From Eledone cirrhosa (taxonomy: Eukaryota): a stretch of 64,000 nt of DNA. Below the pieces are notes generated by a model that ran no database searches, was not told the DNA's origin, and saw only the letters and a list, made by a program, of their open reading frames with translations. Positions 47,385 to 61,872 of the stretch are shown one piece after another. Both the position numbers and the translations under genes were made by a program. Where the stretch lies: assembly GCA_964016885.1 (NCBI GenBank), contig OZ024748.1, forward strand, positions 8,556,001 to 8,620,000. Direction: 5' to 3'. The first letter of the stretch is position 1, and every line of letters begins with the position of its first letter.

Positions 47385-47623
47385 GTTGAGGAAAAGGAGG
47401 AGGAGAGGAAAGGAGTACAAGCTCTTCGTACTCCTGGAGATGAGGGTTGCACATTTTTTTCGGGGGTCTGTGTTACCCATATAAACTGTCTCCCTCTATT
47501 GGGGAAAATCGACTAACTTTTAAATTCCATCTGTGATAACATTTTACACGTTTTTATTGTATGTAAACTTCCCCCTTTGTATTTGTCCCCTTCTTTTGTG
47601 CCCCTGTGGCTAATAAAGAAATA
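45342..47623 (+). mobile_element. 5'-truncated L1/Tx1-clade non-LTR retrotransposon inserted in (ATCT)n
   Basis: Abrupt GC-rich block with (ATCT)n at 45287-45341 and 47625-47710. The about 240-bp 3' UTR ends in AATAAAGAAAT. Confidence 0.93.
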
Positions 47624-47676
<53 letters not shown>

Positions 47677-47677
47677 G

Positions 47678-47710
<33 letters not shown>

Positions 47711-47720
47711 ATATATATAT

Positions 47721-47874
47721 AAGATTAGAATACTTGAGTGCATTGAAGTTAAACACACTCGTCGTATTAATACCTCTTGTCTTTTTCATTGCTCTGATGA
47801 GTCCCGGTTAATGGGACGAAATACTGTCAGCAAATAAAGATTTTTTGATGTATTGAAGGCTTCTTTGTTTATTT

Positions 47875-47878
<4 letters not shown>
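47721..47878 (+). mobile_element. About 160-bp PLE-like terminal fragment in (TA)n
   Basis: TA-flanked and contains an HHR and AATAAA. The 5' part translates as KIRILECIEVKHTRRIN, which resembles the R.ILE..EI...IN end of PLE endonucleases. Confidence 0.65.
47789..47833 (+). ncRNA. Minimal type-I hammerhead ribozyme
   Basis: TTGCT-CTGATGA-GTCCC ggttaat GGGAC-GAAA-TACT-GTC-AGCAA. Stems I and II are perfect 5-bp helices, the core is canonical, and predicted GUC cleavage is after 47828. Confidence 0.85.
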
Positions 47879-47928
<50 letters not shown>

Positions 47929-48099
47929 CTATCTGTCCGTCTCTCTCTCTCTTTTATATGGTTATAACTGTGACAATGTTTACAGGACAATGGTTATAAC
48001 TGTGACAAATGTTAAATGACAGATCTAGCTACAAATTCCGTACAGTGGGATCAAACTCAGAACCAAATTATTAACCCTTCGACTATAAGGCATACACAT

Positions 48100-48141
<42 letters not shown>

Positions 48142-48935
48142 TAGATATGCTCTCACTAGATATTTGTAATACATCACTGTATCCAAATATGATGTAATTC
48201 TTTCAGTTATTATAACTTATTGTTTTCATATAATTTAGGGACTTTCAAATTTCAAATAATTTCATATTTCAAAATAATCTCATTTCTTTGTGATTTTAAT
48301 TTACATTTTGCTTTTTACTTTTACCTATAAGAATGTTAAACGCCAGAAACCATATAAGTGTTGTTTCTTTTTTATTCTTTCTATTATAGAGAGTGCCTTT
48401 ATTCATACAAAACTTCAAAACACCAGCCTTTTGTTTTGTTTGTTCTTTATAAGGTATACCTTTATCATGTTTCGTTGCGTATTAAAGTCGATGCTATGCA
48501 AAGCTAACATCTCCGTAATCTTACCTCGGAAAATTCGGTACAAAGCGTTTCATTTTATATCTCCGATATCCTATAGAAATAGTGAAATTAATTTATTCAC
48601 ATACTTAGTGAATAATATCTTCTCAAATTCAAACTGGTTCTCAATTGATTTCCTGTGGGAAACGTCTTTCGATTGTATTTCTTCATAACAAATACTCCTC
48701 TCTCTCTCTCCCCTCCCGCTTTGCCCCCCCCCCCGTCCCCTATCTCTCTCATTCTTTCTCTTGCTCTACCTATATATATATACATGTACATACACATACT
48801 CACACACATACACACACATACAAATATATATATATATATGTACATATATATACATATATATATATACATATATTTATATACACATATATATAAATACGCA
48901 CACACACACACACACATATATACATATATATATGC

Positions 48936-48992
<57 letters not shown>

Positions 48993-49048
48993 TGTATATA
49001 TATATATATATATATGTCTGTATATATGTATATATATATATATATATG

Positions 49049-49079
<31 letters not shown>

Positions 49080-50393
49080 GTCTGTATGTTTGAGTGTTTG
49101 AATGAGGGTAAGAGTATGTGAATGCATAAATATATTTGCCTGCATGTATGTATATCAATAATATGAGAGAATAAAGCTCTTTATTATCTGCCCGAGAATA
49201 TCGATAAACCAATATGTTCATATACATATATATATATATATGTGTGTGTGAGTGTGTGTGTGTGTGTTTGTCTGTCTGTGTATGTGTCTATATGTATAGG
49301 TAACGGCAATGAAAGTTCTAGTCAGGTTAAATATAGTTTTGTCTCGTTCAATTATTTCAGTTTAAACACTGGGAATTAAAATTATATTTCTACATTCCAA
49401 TAGAAAATGACTTTAAAATGGCATGTTTGACTTAATCTATCATAACAATTAATAGAAAATGTTTCTTTCTATAATTTTAGTTATTTCTAAAATTGCAACT
49501 TCTTAATATCTTCAATAATATTTTATTTGCGAAAGGAAAACAAAAATATCTATTTCAAACAATTTAGTAAATTAGCTTAAAATACTCATAATCTATATTG
49601 TCCGGGAGCTTTCTGTTTTAGAATGTTCTCGTGATATTACGTTTTCATTTTAAAATGGAAGCCCTTACAATTACAAAATATTTGTAAAATAATCGACTCG
49701 GTTTTCATATTCTTATTAAGTGTTTATAGCAGTGAAAGGAACATAAGATGGAGCAGAAGTTTGAGGCGAACCTCCTAATATATATATATTGGAAATATTG
49801 GTGAAACAAAGTAATACATTACACGGGATGTAAGAATACACTTTGACTTCCTTGCTGGATATATTTGACTTTACTCAAAAATATCATATCCATTTGCTTT
49901 GATAATAGTAATGGGACTTTCTTCATACATACATATATATATATATATATATAGATATACATACATAAATGCATACATACATGAATACATACATGCACAC
50001 ACATACATATTTATATATATAAATATGTATATGCATATATATTTACCGATCTCCTTTTATCAAACTGCGACATACAGACACAGATATATATATATATATA
50101 GATAGATAGAGAGACAGACAGAGAGAGAGAGAGAGAGAGAGAGTCAGAGAGAGAGAGAGGGAGAGGGAGATAGAGAGAGACAGAGAGAGAGAGAGAGAAA
50201 GCGAGAGAGAGAGAGAGAGAAGGCCCAGCAATGAGCTACATGTTACAATACGTTAGTGCTAATTAACCAAATAACCATCTTTGGATCCGACCAAGTACGT
50301 GCGTGGCAAATGCTCCATTGCAGATGATGTCGCCTTTTATTTTGTGTGTTGTCCAACAAAGAAATCCTAATCTTCAGGATGTAGTTAACGTGC

Positions 50394-50640
50394 TTCTTCT
50401 TCTTCTTCTTCTTCTTCTTCTTCTTCTTCTTCTTCTTCTTCTTCTTCTTCTTCTTCTTCTTCTTCTTCTTCTTCTTCTTCTTCTTCTTCTTCTTCTTCTT
50501 CTTCTTCTTCTTCTTCTTCTTCTTCTTCTTCTTCTTCTTCTTCCAGTAGGTCCTACCCGAAGCAACTGTCTCCAACTGATCCGGCTGGATCCCTAAACGA
50601 GACCAACCAAACTCATGGATGTTATCCAGCCATAGACTTC
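50394..50640 (-). mobile_element. RTE-like LINE 3' remnant abutting an about 50-unit (AAG)n tract
   Basis: The minus frame reads WLDNIHEFGWSRLGIQPDQLETVASGRTYW and then runs into (AAG)n. Confidence 0.55.
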
Positions 50641-51077
50641 ATTGTCTACATAGTTTTAATCCAGTTGTTCCAACATTCGGATTTACCTGAATATTAGTCT
50701 TCATTTGTTTACTAACCGAACTTAAGAACATGAAGAAGAATGTTGAGTTCCATCTTATTATAAAATATATTATGTCGTCACGATCACATTTATAATAAGG
50801 TGACATAATATATGTATTTTCAAGTTTGATATATGCAAGATGATTTACAGAGGATGACTTCTACTCATGGTTATATATCTTCTTAAAAAAAACATGTTCA
50901 AATATGTCATCTCAGTCATTTAATTTTATCCTTTCACATCTTGTTATCATTATCTATACCACTCGTATATATCATTGCTACATGTCGGCAACACAACCTG
51001 AAACAAACGTCATAATTCAATTTCGCTCTCTTCAATTCCTCTAATTTTACCCACAGAAAATTGCACAGTCTGTTAGA

Positions 51078-51185
<108 letters not shown>

Positions 51186-52254
51186 TCTATATCTATCTAC
51201 ATTTTTCTTTGTTACTCTTCCTCTCTTTATATATATACTCTATATATATTTATATAATATATGTGTGTGTATGTGTATGTGTGTCAGTTTATATATGTAT
51301 ATATATGTATATATTTACACACATGTGAGCTGAGATATACAAATACAAACACATATATGTATATAGTGATATATCTGTTCGTTACAGTGTTTATTTATTC
51401 AATCCCATACAACCTCAACACCATCACCATCTCAAGAATAAATGTATCTTTCAAATATTGAAGATATAAGAATACTGGAGAAAAAGAGGTTTGGTGATAG
51501 AAGAAATGGAAAGAAAAGGGTTCCAATTAAAGAACAAACAACGAGTAAATTAAAAAGAACAAACATGAATGATTAAAGTGATATATATTTTGATAAAATG
51601 GCGACGTAATCTGTAGCCTGCTTGACGGCTGCCGTTCTTATTTGTTAGTTCACATGATATATAGCTTTTACACAAACAACAGCTCAGATGTTGAAAACTA
51701 ACACAGTGGAATATTTCAATGATATATATAGTGATATATTGGGTTTCTGCTCCTCTTTGCCGTCTGGTTTGGAAGACATCACTAAAAAGTGATTCATCGT
51801 AAGAAATTAGTGTAAAAATAGAAACTTCCGGCAAAAGAGAAATTTGTTTTATTGAAACTGAAGGAAAACATTGAAGTCAAGTGAAAGCAATTCATCAAAG
51901 GAGGATTTTCTTTTTATTAAGATGCAATATCATTACGTCTATAGCTTCTTATCACACAGATTTTCCAGGGAAATTCTTGATGTTTCTCCTATTATCTTTC
52001 GATGAAAAGTTGAAGGAGATGGAGTGAAAATAGTTTCCTATTTGTCGAACGAAAGAGATGGGAAATTGTACCTATTCAGACATTGAAATGTTCTTTAATT
52101 ATCTGATTAAATAACAGAAAATTATTAATAAATCTACATCTTATAGATATATCTCCCAACTATCACTCTAAATAATATCTATATCTAAATTATAAAGTTT
52201 ATTAATATTCTATTTAATTACATTATTTTGCATTCGTGAGTTTTATATCCAATA

Positions 52255-52335
52255 ATAATAATTGTTTCTACTTTTGACACATGGTCAACAATTATCCCAG
52301 TGCATTACTGGTACTTTATTTTATCCACCCCGTAG
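52255..52335 (-). mobile_element. SINE family A, 3' fragment
   Basis: AATTGTTTCTACTTTTGACAC...ACTGGTACTTTATTTTATC, with CCAATAATAATA on both flanks. Confidence 0.7.
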
Positions 52336-52883
52336 CCAATAATAATAATAATTGATTCGTTTGCAAGCAAACAGCTTCACTACGCAATATGTTTTAGACG
52401 ATTGTCGTCATCCTTTTGTTCGGGCAGTGACAGAGAGAAACAATCGACAATAATATTGTTTCTGGGTTATTGCCCTTTGTCAAGATTGTATATCTCTCTT
52501 GACAAAGAGTAATAACCCAGAAACAATAACAACTAACGTTCAACTGCAAATGCGCTGAGTTTCCAGAAACCTGCCACTAATAAATGTTCTGTTGAAGCCG
52601 ATGGATAAAATAACGTTATTGCATTATTGAGATATTCGTTCCGAATCGTTCCACGCCACTGCACACATCAAGACGATAGAAGAAAGTAACAGTGAAATAC
52701 TGGGCTCGATTCTTCTTCTATAACCCTTTTCACCTCCTTTCTACCACCTTCACTCCTTCTTTGGAAGAAATCTATAGTGTTCACACCCAGAGAGAAGAAT
52801 GTTTAAAATGTCCAGGCTACGCCTTATGTAACTATGTTTCCCCTAGCATTCGATCGGGAGTTACAGGTCTTTACATACAATAT

Positions 52884-53060
52884 ATAATTGTTTCTACTTT
52901 GGCACAAGGCCAGCAATAACCCAGTACATTACTGGTACTTTATTTTATCGACCCCGTAAGGATGAAAGGCAAAGTTAACCTCAGCGGGATTTGAACTCAG
53001 ACCATAAAGAGACGTAACTCTTTGCTGCAAAACATGGCGTCAGACCCTCTACCGATGCTA
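52884..53060 (-). mobile_element. SINE family A
   Basis: AATTGTTTCTACTTTGGCACAAGGCCAGC...GATGAAAGGCAAAGTTAACCTC...GATTTGAACTCAGA...CTCTACCGATGC. Confidence 0.88.
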
Positions 53061-54005
53061 TGGAAGTAACTTACTATAAGGTCCAACAACTCTCCAACGA
53101 TCATGGTTTGTCCACATATTCTGTGACGTATTTACCTCTACACTATATATATTTATCTGAAATTATGTAAACATATTTTAGAGGACGTGACACCTGTGAC
53201 GTTATTGCATACGAATATATATATATATATGTTATTACTTCAAATATCAGGTGTTCAGATATGCAAATAGATGCAACATAATCAGTAGTATCATTTTTAT
53301 TAGGAAAATTGCGAGGATTTCAAGAGTAGCAAATATATTTGTTTTAATCTTAGATCACATTCTTTATCTAACCAAATCTTTTTTTTTTTACTGATTTATA
53401 ATTATTTTAAAGTTTCCACACTTTAAAAAAAAATATCTATAGCTTATTTTCTGTGAAATAAAAGCACATTTGCATTAGAACGTTGGGTAGGTGGAGTAAC
53501 AGAATGTCATTTTGAACACAGTTAAATTTAGATTCAGAATATTACCGTTTCTCTAAAGACGTAGTTATTTAGAAATGCTAAAATAACAATTCTAAAAAAA
53601 ATTGAGATACTTAGTAGTATATCAATGAACATGAGATGAGTTTCATCGTTATAAACAACTTTGTCTGCAACCATAATACAAGGCAAAAATATATAGAACA
53701 TTGACAAAAATTTTAAATTAAAATTTATTCCTAATCTGCTTTTATTGTTTGTTTTTAACTTTCTTTTTAAAACTTCCAATAATAAATTGTATATCAATTA
53801 TAAATACTAATTTAATACAAAATATTTTTTTTAAATTTTGGCAATCTGAAAAGGAGGATAAATTCGGTTGAATCACGGAAGAATGGTAAGGAGAAAAGCA
53901 AAGAATCATTGTTAATTTCGAAGCAAAGTTTTTCCTTAAGAATTTCATTCCCCGTTTGAAATCTATATCACAAAACACTCTATGTCTCTCTTTATCAGAC
54001 CCCTA

Positions 54006-54072
<67 letters not shown>

Positions 54073-54412
54073 GATACACAAACACATACACACACACACA
54101 CAAACAATCAAAACATTCACATGCACATACACAATGCGTAAAATATATGTTTAAACATATTCTGCGATTTTGTTAGAAACACACTAATAAATATAATAAT
54201 ATATATTTCTACAATAACGCATATATATATATATATATTTCAACAATAACGCGTGTGTATATATATATATATTTCTACAATAACGTGTGTCTATATCTAT
54301 ATATATCTATGTATTTCTATAATAACGAGTGTCTATATCTATATCAATATTTTTCAAAAGCTAACTACCACTGTTGCTATGTTTGTAAGATTGTATATAT
54401 ATATATATGTAT

Positions 54413-54496
<84 letters not shown>

Positions 54497-54843
54497 CATA
54501 CACATACACACACACAACATACACATACACACATATATAGGTAAATAGATATGTGGAAGCTTATATAATTCCATTTCATGTGTGACAAAGAATGTTTTAT
54601 ATCATCAAACCATATTTCAGTGAATGTAAATGAGCATACAAGCTGCACACACACACACACTCTCTCTTAAACACACACAGACACACACACACTCACACAC
54701 AGACACACACATTCACACACACACAGACATACAGGCACATACTCACACCCATATACATATAGATATATAGATAATATAGATAGATAGATATAGATAAATA
54801 AATAAATATATATATATATACATATATATATATAAATAAATAA

Positions 54844-54931
<88 letters not shown>

Positions 54932-55215
54932 CTATTTATCTATAAATACATACGCATTTATTAAAAAGGCATATAGTATTTTAATTCTCGTCTGAGGAAT
55001 TCTTCGTTAATTAAATGATGCTAGCTATTGGTAAATAAAATAGGTAAAAATAAATATCAAATAAACAGGAAAATAGTATCTGAAACTATTCTAAAGAATT
55101 TAAAAACGAAACATTCTGTAATGAAGAAGTTTTTCTCTCGGAAGAAATTCTACGAAGTTCTATTGTAGCAACAACATAAATTTCGATATTGATGCATTAA
55201 AATAAAATATATAAA

Positions 55216-55352
<137 letters not shown>

Positions 55353-58300
55353 ATATGAAATACGAATAAAAATAAGATGAAAGTTACATTAAATATGGAC
55401 GGTTACATTATTATGTTTATGATTTTTTATGTATGAGAACTCCATTTTCTCTCTCTCTCTTTCTCCCATTCCCCCTCTCTCTGTCTCTCTCTCTCTGTTG
55501 TATTGGAACTATATGTTTAGTGGCACAAACACAAAATACAAAAGTACTAACGATCTAATGATAAATAATAGACATTTATTATTATTACTATCAGTATTGT
55601 TGTTGTTGATGATGATGATGATGATGATGATGATGTTGTTGTTGTTGACACTATTTTCAGGGATGTGATGTAAATTCATTAAAATATCGAATTATATTTT
55701 GCTGAATGCTTTATCTCAGTGAGAGTATTGAATTTAATTTCTTTATATGAAACTTTAACAGTTGAACGTATGAAGTATATTTTGAGTTTACGTGACAGAA
55801 TCTCAGACGATGCAGCTGTTGTGTACACACACATATATACACATATATATATATTCACACATATATATATATACATATATATACATATATAAACTGTTGA
55901 AGCGCTGGATAATATGAAATCACCTTTAGAAAATGTAAGAATCCCAAACGCAGAAATGATTCTCACAACAGTCGATTGCTATAAATAATAGCTTAGAAAA
56001 TCTGGAAGAATACATCTATTAATAAGTAAAGGTGGCCAACAGCTGCTTTGAACAATGTAACTCCTTATCTCTCGAATTCTGGCCGTGTGCTCTAACAATT
56101 GAGCTAAGCGACCTCTGACATCATATTGCCTCTGAATTAGAGACTGTATGAACAATTTGGATGTAAACTTTATTCTACATAAACTATCGAAGTGTTGGGT
56201 AATATGAACATCTTTTTTCTGGATTCCTACATTTACTAAAAAGAATTCCATATTATTCGGCATATATTATGTTAATGTGCTCCGTTCAGGTAATTTGTCG
56301 TTGTGCCATAAAGGTAGAAACATCGAAATCTTTCACTTTACTCTTCCTGTTATTCTGTGTGTATTCTAGTCTCTCCTCCATATTGCTCTAATCATCACAT
56401 TCCTGTTTTTTTTCTACATTCTTATAGTCTTCTATTTTGAATCAGTTAAGACAAGGTTTATGAACTTCTACGCCATCAATTGTCTCGCTCTGGTTTATTT
56501 GTCTGAGATGATCTTGTGTCCCATCCTTTTATGAGGAAGTTCTAAACACCCGCAAGCCCACTTTTCCTCTCATCCCCCCACAAAACAATTACTTGTATAT
56601 AAATTCAGGATTGATTTAATCAAGTATATTCTTTTCTCCTTTTTCTATTCTTCGTCGCCATTATACTCACCATCTTCGTTCTCATCAACATTGCGAGAAA
56701 TTTCATGTCAGTATAGAATATAAGATTTGTTATAATATGGTCTCGCTGTATAAGAGATTTTAACACCATGTCTTATACATTTGTGGGAATATTTAATCTC
56801 CGTGTGCCCAGTGCGGGCTTTCCTTATTTAGATTTCCTAAAGTATTACCAAGTATTAAAATACGTATATTTTACAATATATATAATACAGTATTCATATA
56901 CTACGGCAGGTTTAAGCGACTACTCCACTTGATACTTACGTCTGCTAGATCTAAAGTAACTGTTAGACAATAATAGGTTGATAAAGTTGTCAGATCCACC
57001 CCTGATTGTATTCTATTTTGAATTAGTTTATATTAATTTAAAATTCATGCCCCCTGCTCCCCCCTTTTTAGTAGAATCAGCAATTAAGTTGCTTTTAATG
57101 TGTACTTTTAATTAATTAAACTTCAAAGCTTTGCTACAATATGTATATTAAGGAGAATGTTTATAAAACCCAGAAATAACAATACTGTTAACAGTGAACG
57201 GTTGTAGTTAAGAGACCAGAGGAATAATAAACATAATATTTAGTTAGACTGATAATAATATTATATCAGTGACACTAAAAAAATACTAAACAGAAAGAGA
57301 AGATAAAAATCTGTAGGAGTAGTAAACATCGATTTTAGCATAAATCTATTGATAAGAATTAGGTTTTTATTCTATTTACCACTAATATTTGTTTAATTCC
57401 GGTTTCTTTTATATGTTTTTTTCAAGTTTTATGCCAGAAACCAATTCATAAATCAAAACAACCATGATTCTGATCATTGTGTGACTAAGGAACCGTAATC
57501 TGAACTTAGAAAACTACATAAGATTCTTCTGAAATGCAAACAAACAAGTAAAAAGTGCCTAAAATAATATTAGATTAAAAGATTTCGGAAAATAAAGTGT
57601 ATTAAATATTTCTTGCAATGATCGACTGAAGGTGATTCTTCAAAATAGTACATTCCAGAAGACTGTCGGAAAAAGATATTAAAAACTCTATGAAAGAACT
57701 CAATGAACAATGTTTGCTTCCATATCAGAAAGTATACAACTTTGAAAAAATAAGAGATTATTGAAACATTCATAAAATACTAGAGTCTGAAAGATATTTA
57801 AAGAATATTGTAAACAATTTCAAAATTTATTGTTTCCAGATAAATTTTTATTTAAATTCCTAATTCAAGTTACATTTGACTTAATATTATTTATGTCTAT
57901 AATAACATTTATTATTATAATATTTGAGTGGAGACTACAATTCATTTGTGTTCTTTGTTATACGAACTGCACCGAATGATAGAATTTCATGATTAACCAA
58001 AAACATTCAAATGATCACGTGGTTAAGTATTCTGCCCGTTCTATTATTTATATAAAGCCTTTCTGTTTCTACTTGTTTGGTTGGTAACTTGAACAGAACA
58101 CATATGTTGCAACCGAAGCCATTGTAACGTCGAAGAGTTATGTTAGCCATCTAAAATAAACCAAACAATATCATTTATAGTTAATTATCATTCATTTCTC
58201 AAAATGAATAAAAGTGATGATAATATATTTTTAGTATGGTTTTAATGGGTAAAATGGTATTTCCTTGAGGTAATAACTTTATTTCTGCTGGATTTCCAAT

Positions 58301-58614
58301 TCTCACTACTATATATTTTATAACGTTTATCTCTGATATAAAGGAATAGATTAAACTATATATATATATAGAGAGAGAGGGGTATAACACTGGAAGGTAA
58401 TATCCGTAGCGGTAGAGCACTCAGTCCATGGGAAGAGTTAGGTAGAGGTAGTACCACAACAGTCAATTCACCATACCGAGAACAACTGTTTCACCATGGA
58501 TAGAGTGAATCAATTGTTCTCTGTTCTCGGTATGGTGAACTTACTTTTGTGTTACTACTTATATATATATATATATATCAATTACTTATGGGTGGAGATA
58601 TCAACTTAATGACT

Positions 58615-58962
58615 CTTACACGGCTGGAGGCTGGAAGAGGCTCCACAGTAGGCCAAGCACCAGATGGCTGGATATCACCAGGGAACATCTCTGGAGGCTC
58701 GACATGACTTTGGAGGATGCAGAGGAGCTGGTACAGGACCGCTAGCGATCTAGGGCCCTGGTGGTCCTGGTCGGCTCTACACACGATGATGCTTCTGGGA
58801 TTCCTGGCTTAGGAAGACACCGGCCTCGTAGAGCAAGAAGAAGAAGAAGGAGAAGAAGAAGAAGAAGAAGAAGAAGAAGAAGAAGAAGAAGAAGAAGAAG
58901 AAGAAGAAGAAGAAGAAGAAGAAGAAGAAGAAGAAGAAGAAGAAGAAGAAGAAGAAGAAGAC
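58615..58962 (+). mobile_element. RTE-like LINE 3' end with (AAG)n tail
   Basis: GWKRLHSRPSTRWLDITREHLWRLDMTLEDAEELVQDR* matches the W.R..GRP..RW.D...DR RTE motif, and about 40 AAG units follow. Confidence 0.75.
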
Positions 58963-59248
58963 ACTAACAGGACAACAGAGGAAATAAATAAATCGATGCT
59001 GGAGAAAGAAGGAAAAGGAAGAGAATCAAGAAGAAGGAGATCTTTAGTTAAAGAGAAATGGCGGAGCAGAATCAAACAAAACTGAAAATCTCTAATAGGA
59101 AATAACATTTATAGACAATTAGATATTTTTGAGAAATATGAAATATCGCCATTATCAAGCCTAAATCATACAACTGGAATATGGCAACATACTTATATAC
59201 ATACATATATACATGCATATATACATGCATACATACGTACACATACAT

Positions 59249-59307
<59 letters not shown>

Positions 59308-59333
59308 GTGTGTGTGTATGCATATATATATAC

Positions 59334-59364
<31 letters not shown>

Positions 59365-60117
59365 AGTATGGGTGCATGTGTGTACATGTGTATGTGTGCT
59401 TGGAGCGTACGCATATATACGTATATACGTGTACACGATTGTTGGAAAAATAATTTGAAGAGCAGCAACTATTATTTGAAAAAGAAAGATCAATGCTTTA
59501 TACCGAATAAAACGAATGGAAGGAACGAGAAAAAGATAAAAATACTCGATAGAACAATGACAGAGAAGTGAGAATGTTGCCGAAATAATAGTAAGAAGAA
59601 ATGGTAAATAGGCGAAGCATATGAAACATAAAATATTATGAAAAAATGAAGTATTGTATCTGTAAGGTAAACAATAGATTCTTGAATAGAAATCATGCTT
59701 GGCGAAGCGATAGATAAAAATAAACTGTGTATATATTTGAACAATTTAGCAAGGATGTACACAATCGAAAAGGAAATTTCTTTGCACACATAATCGCCTT
59801 AAATTATGTTATCACCTTTTAAGTGTAAGTAACATGAATGTTTCAATGAAACCATTTAGCTCACTCACCTGCTATAATTTGCTGACGAGGATGTACTGGC
59901 TGCTTTCTATTGCTTAGAGCAAATTTCAACGGCCATTGTATCGGGTCTTTGAACGACATATTTAACATAAACTTTACCTGATGATACTGATCTAACAGAG
60001 AGGGAAAAGAAAATAAGCAATTAAAAATGGAAATAGTTTCTATATTTAGCTACCGTATATTTGTGGTATCTGGAAGTCTGCTGAACGGAGGAATTTATAT
60101 AAAAATCAAAATAAAAC

Positions 60118-60280
60118 CAGGCATGGCTTTGGAATTAGAACACTCACTTTGCAGCCAAGTTCTACCTCAGTTTAACTCCATTGAACTCCACATTTGACAT
60201 ATCTTCTACTATAACTACGTCTAGACCAATATCTTGTGACACTTGTTGACGAAAAGTACGTAGAAATTCATTCTGTACTT
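60118..60280 (+). mobile_element. Highly diverged SINE (third family; related piece at about 35885-35955)
   Basis: GGCATGGCT...TCTTCTACTATAACT...GACCAATATCTTGTGA is similar to CTTGGGCAAGTGTCACTTATAACCTC...GACCAATACC at 35892. Confidence 0.45.
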
Positions 60281-60461
60281 ATACATATTTATATATATGG
60301 TCGTTTCTATGGCTGTGCGGATAATGGTTTGACCATCGTCTCAGTGTGTTTGGCCTTTTAACATATGTTGTAGCTCTGTTCGTCAGAATTATTGAGCGCT
60401 TGCCACAGATCTCGGAAGTTGTTTTTCGCTAATTTCCAAAACCGAAATACGATTCTCGCTA

Positions 60462-60648
<187 letters not shown>

Positions 60649-60655
60649 TATATAT

Positions 60656-60724
<69 letters not shown>

Positions 60725-60731
60725 TATATAT

Positions 60732-60772
<41 letters not shown>

Positions 60773-60807
60773 TATATATACACACACATATATATATATA
60801 CACACAC

Positions 60808-60863
<56 letters not shown>

Positions 60864-60869
60864 ATATAT

Positions 60870-60919
<50 letters not shown>

Positions 60920-61235
60920 ATATATACATACACATATTATTATTTATAATATTTGGCTCGTTTTACTTGGTCACAACCTTTGACACTACACACACACACA
61001 CACAAACACACACACATACATACACAAACGCACACACACACATACATACACACACATACATATTTAAAGGAAAGTTTAAGTCTCTAGTTCCAGTCCATGT
61101 AGCAAAGGAGTGAAATAGAACCAAGAAATCCATTGTTAAGTCTCTCCTTCCTCTCTCCTTCCTCTCTCCTTCCTCTCTCCTCCCGTCATCTCTCTCATTA
61201 TTCACCGATGTGGTTTATATTATATATAATAATAC

Positions 61236-61375
61236 AGCTGGATGGATTGGCAGCATAGAGTTACGGCACTTTACGCTCTGAGTCCAAATCCCTCCGTGGT
61301 TAACTTTGCCTTTCATCTTTATGGGGTCCATATAGTACCAGTAATGTACTGAGATAATTGCTGGCCTTGTGCCAT
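61236..61375 (+). mobile_element. SINE family A, internally deleted
   Basis: GGATTGGCAGCATAGAGTTACGG...CTGAGTCCAAATC...TTAACTTTGCCTTTCATC...GCTGGCCTTGTGCC. Confidence 0.8.
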
Positions 61376-61626
61376 ATATATATATATAACAATTATATAT
61401 ATATATATATATTTCATTTCTGAATTTGTTTAGCAAGATTCTTTATCTGAAAACGTGTGTTGAAACCGATATTGTTATACTTTGGGAGGGTCATGTTGCC
61501 AATAAGAAACACACGCACCAGTTGCTTTCACTTCAATTTATTATAATAAATTTATAAATTTAGGAATTTATAAATTTCCGGTTGGTTAGTTGGTTGGTTC
61601 CTCAACCAGACGATTGTTCTTATATT

Positions 61627-61669
61627 GTCAAAGTTCTTTCGTCACACACTCTGTGACCTCTTCAGTGAC
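61627..61669 (-). ncRNA. Minimal type-I hammerhead ribozyme in the PLE 3' region
   Basis: The minus strand reads GTCA-CTGAAGA-G-GTCACA gagtg TGTGAC-GAAA-GAAC-TT-TGAC, about 200 nt downstream of the GIY-YIG stop. Confidence 0.78.
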
Positions 61670-61872
61670 TGGGGATTCTTTTCTTTGTTTTTGTGCCTCT
61701 CCTTTGTTCTGTCCTACGCCATCTTGTTTTTGTGTGTGTTGTGTGCTTAGTTTGCGCATGTGTTACATCCGAGTGTCTGTGTGTGTTTATATTTGTTTAT
61801 TTATTTGTTTATTTACATGTTACTGGTTGGTTGTTTGTTCTATGTGTGTGTGTGTGTGTTTTCATTTTGTCC

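Noticed and set aside
45392-47480. Overlapping and antisense ORFs within the LINE
   Set aside because: They are by-products of GC-rich coding sequence.
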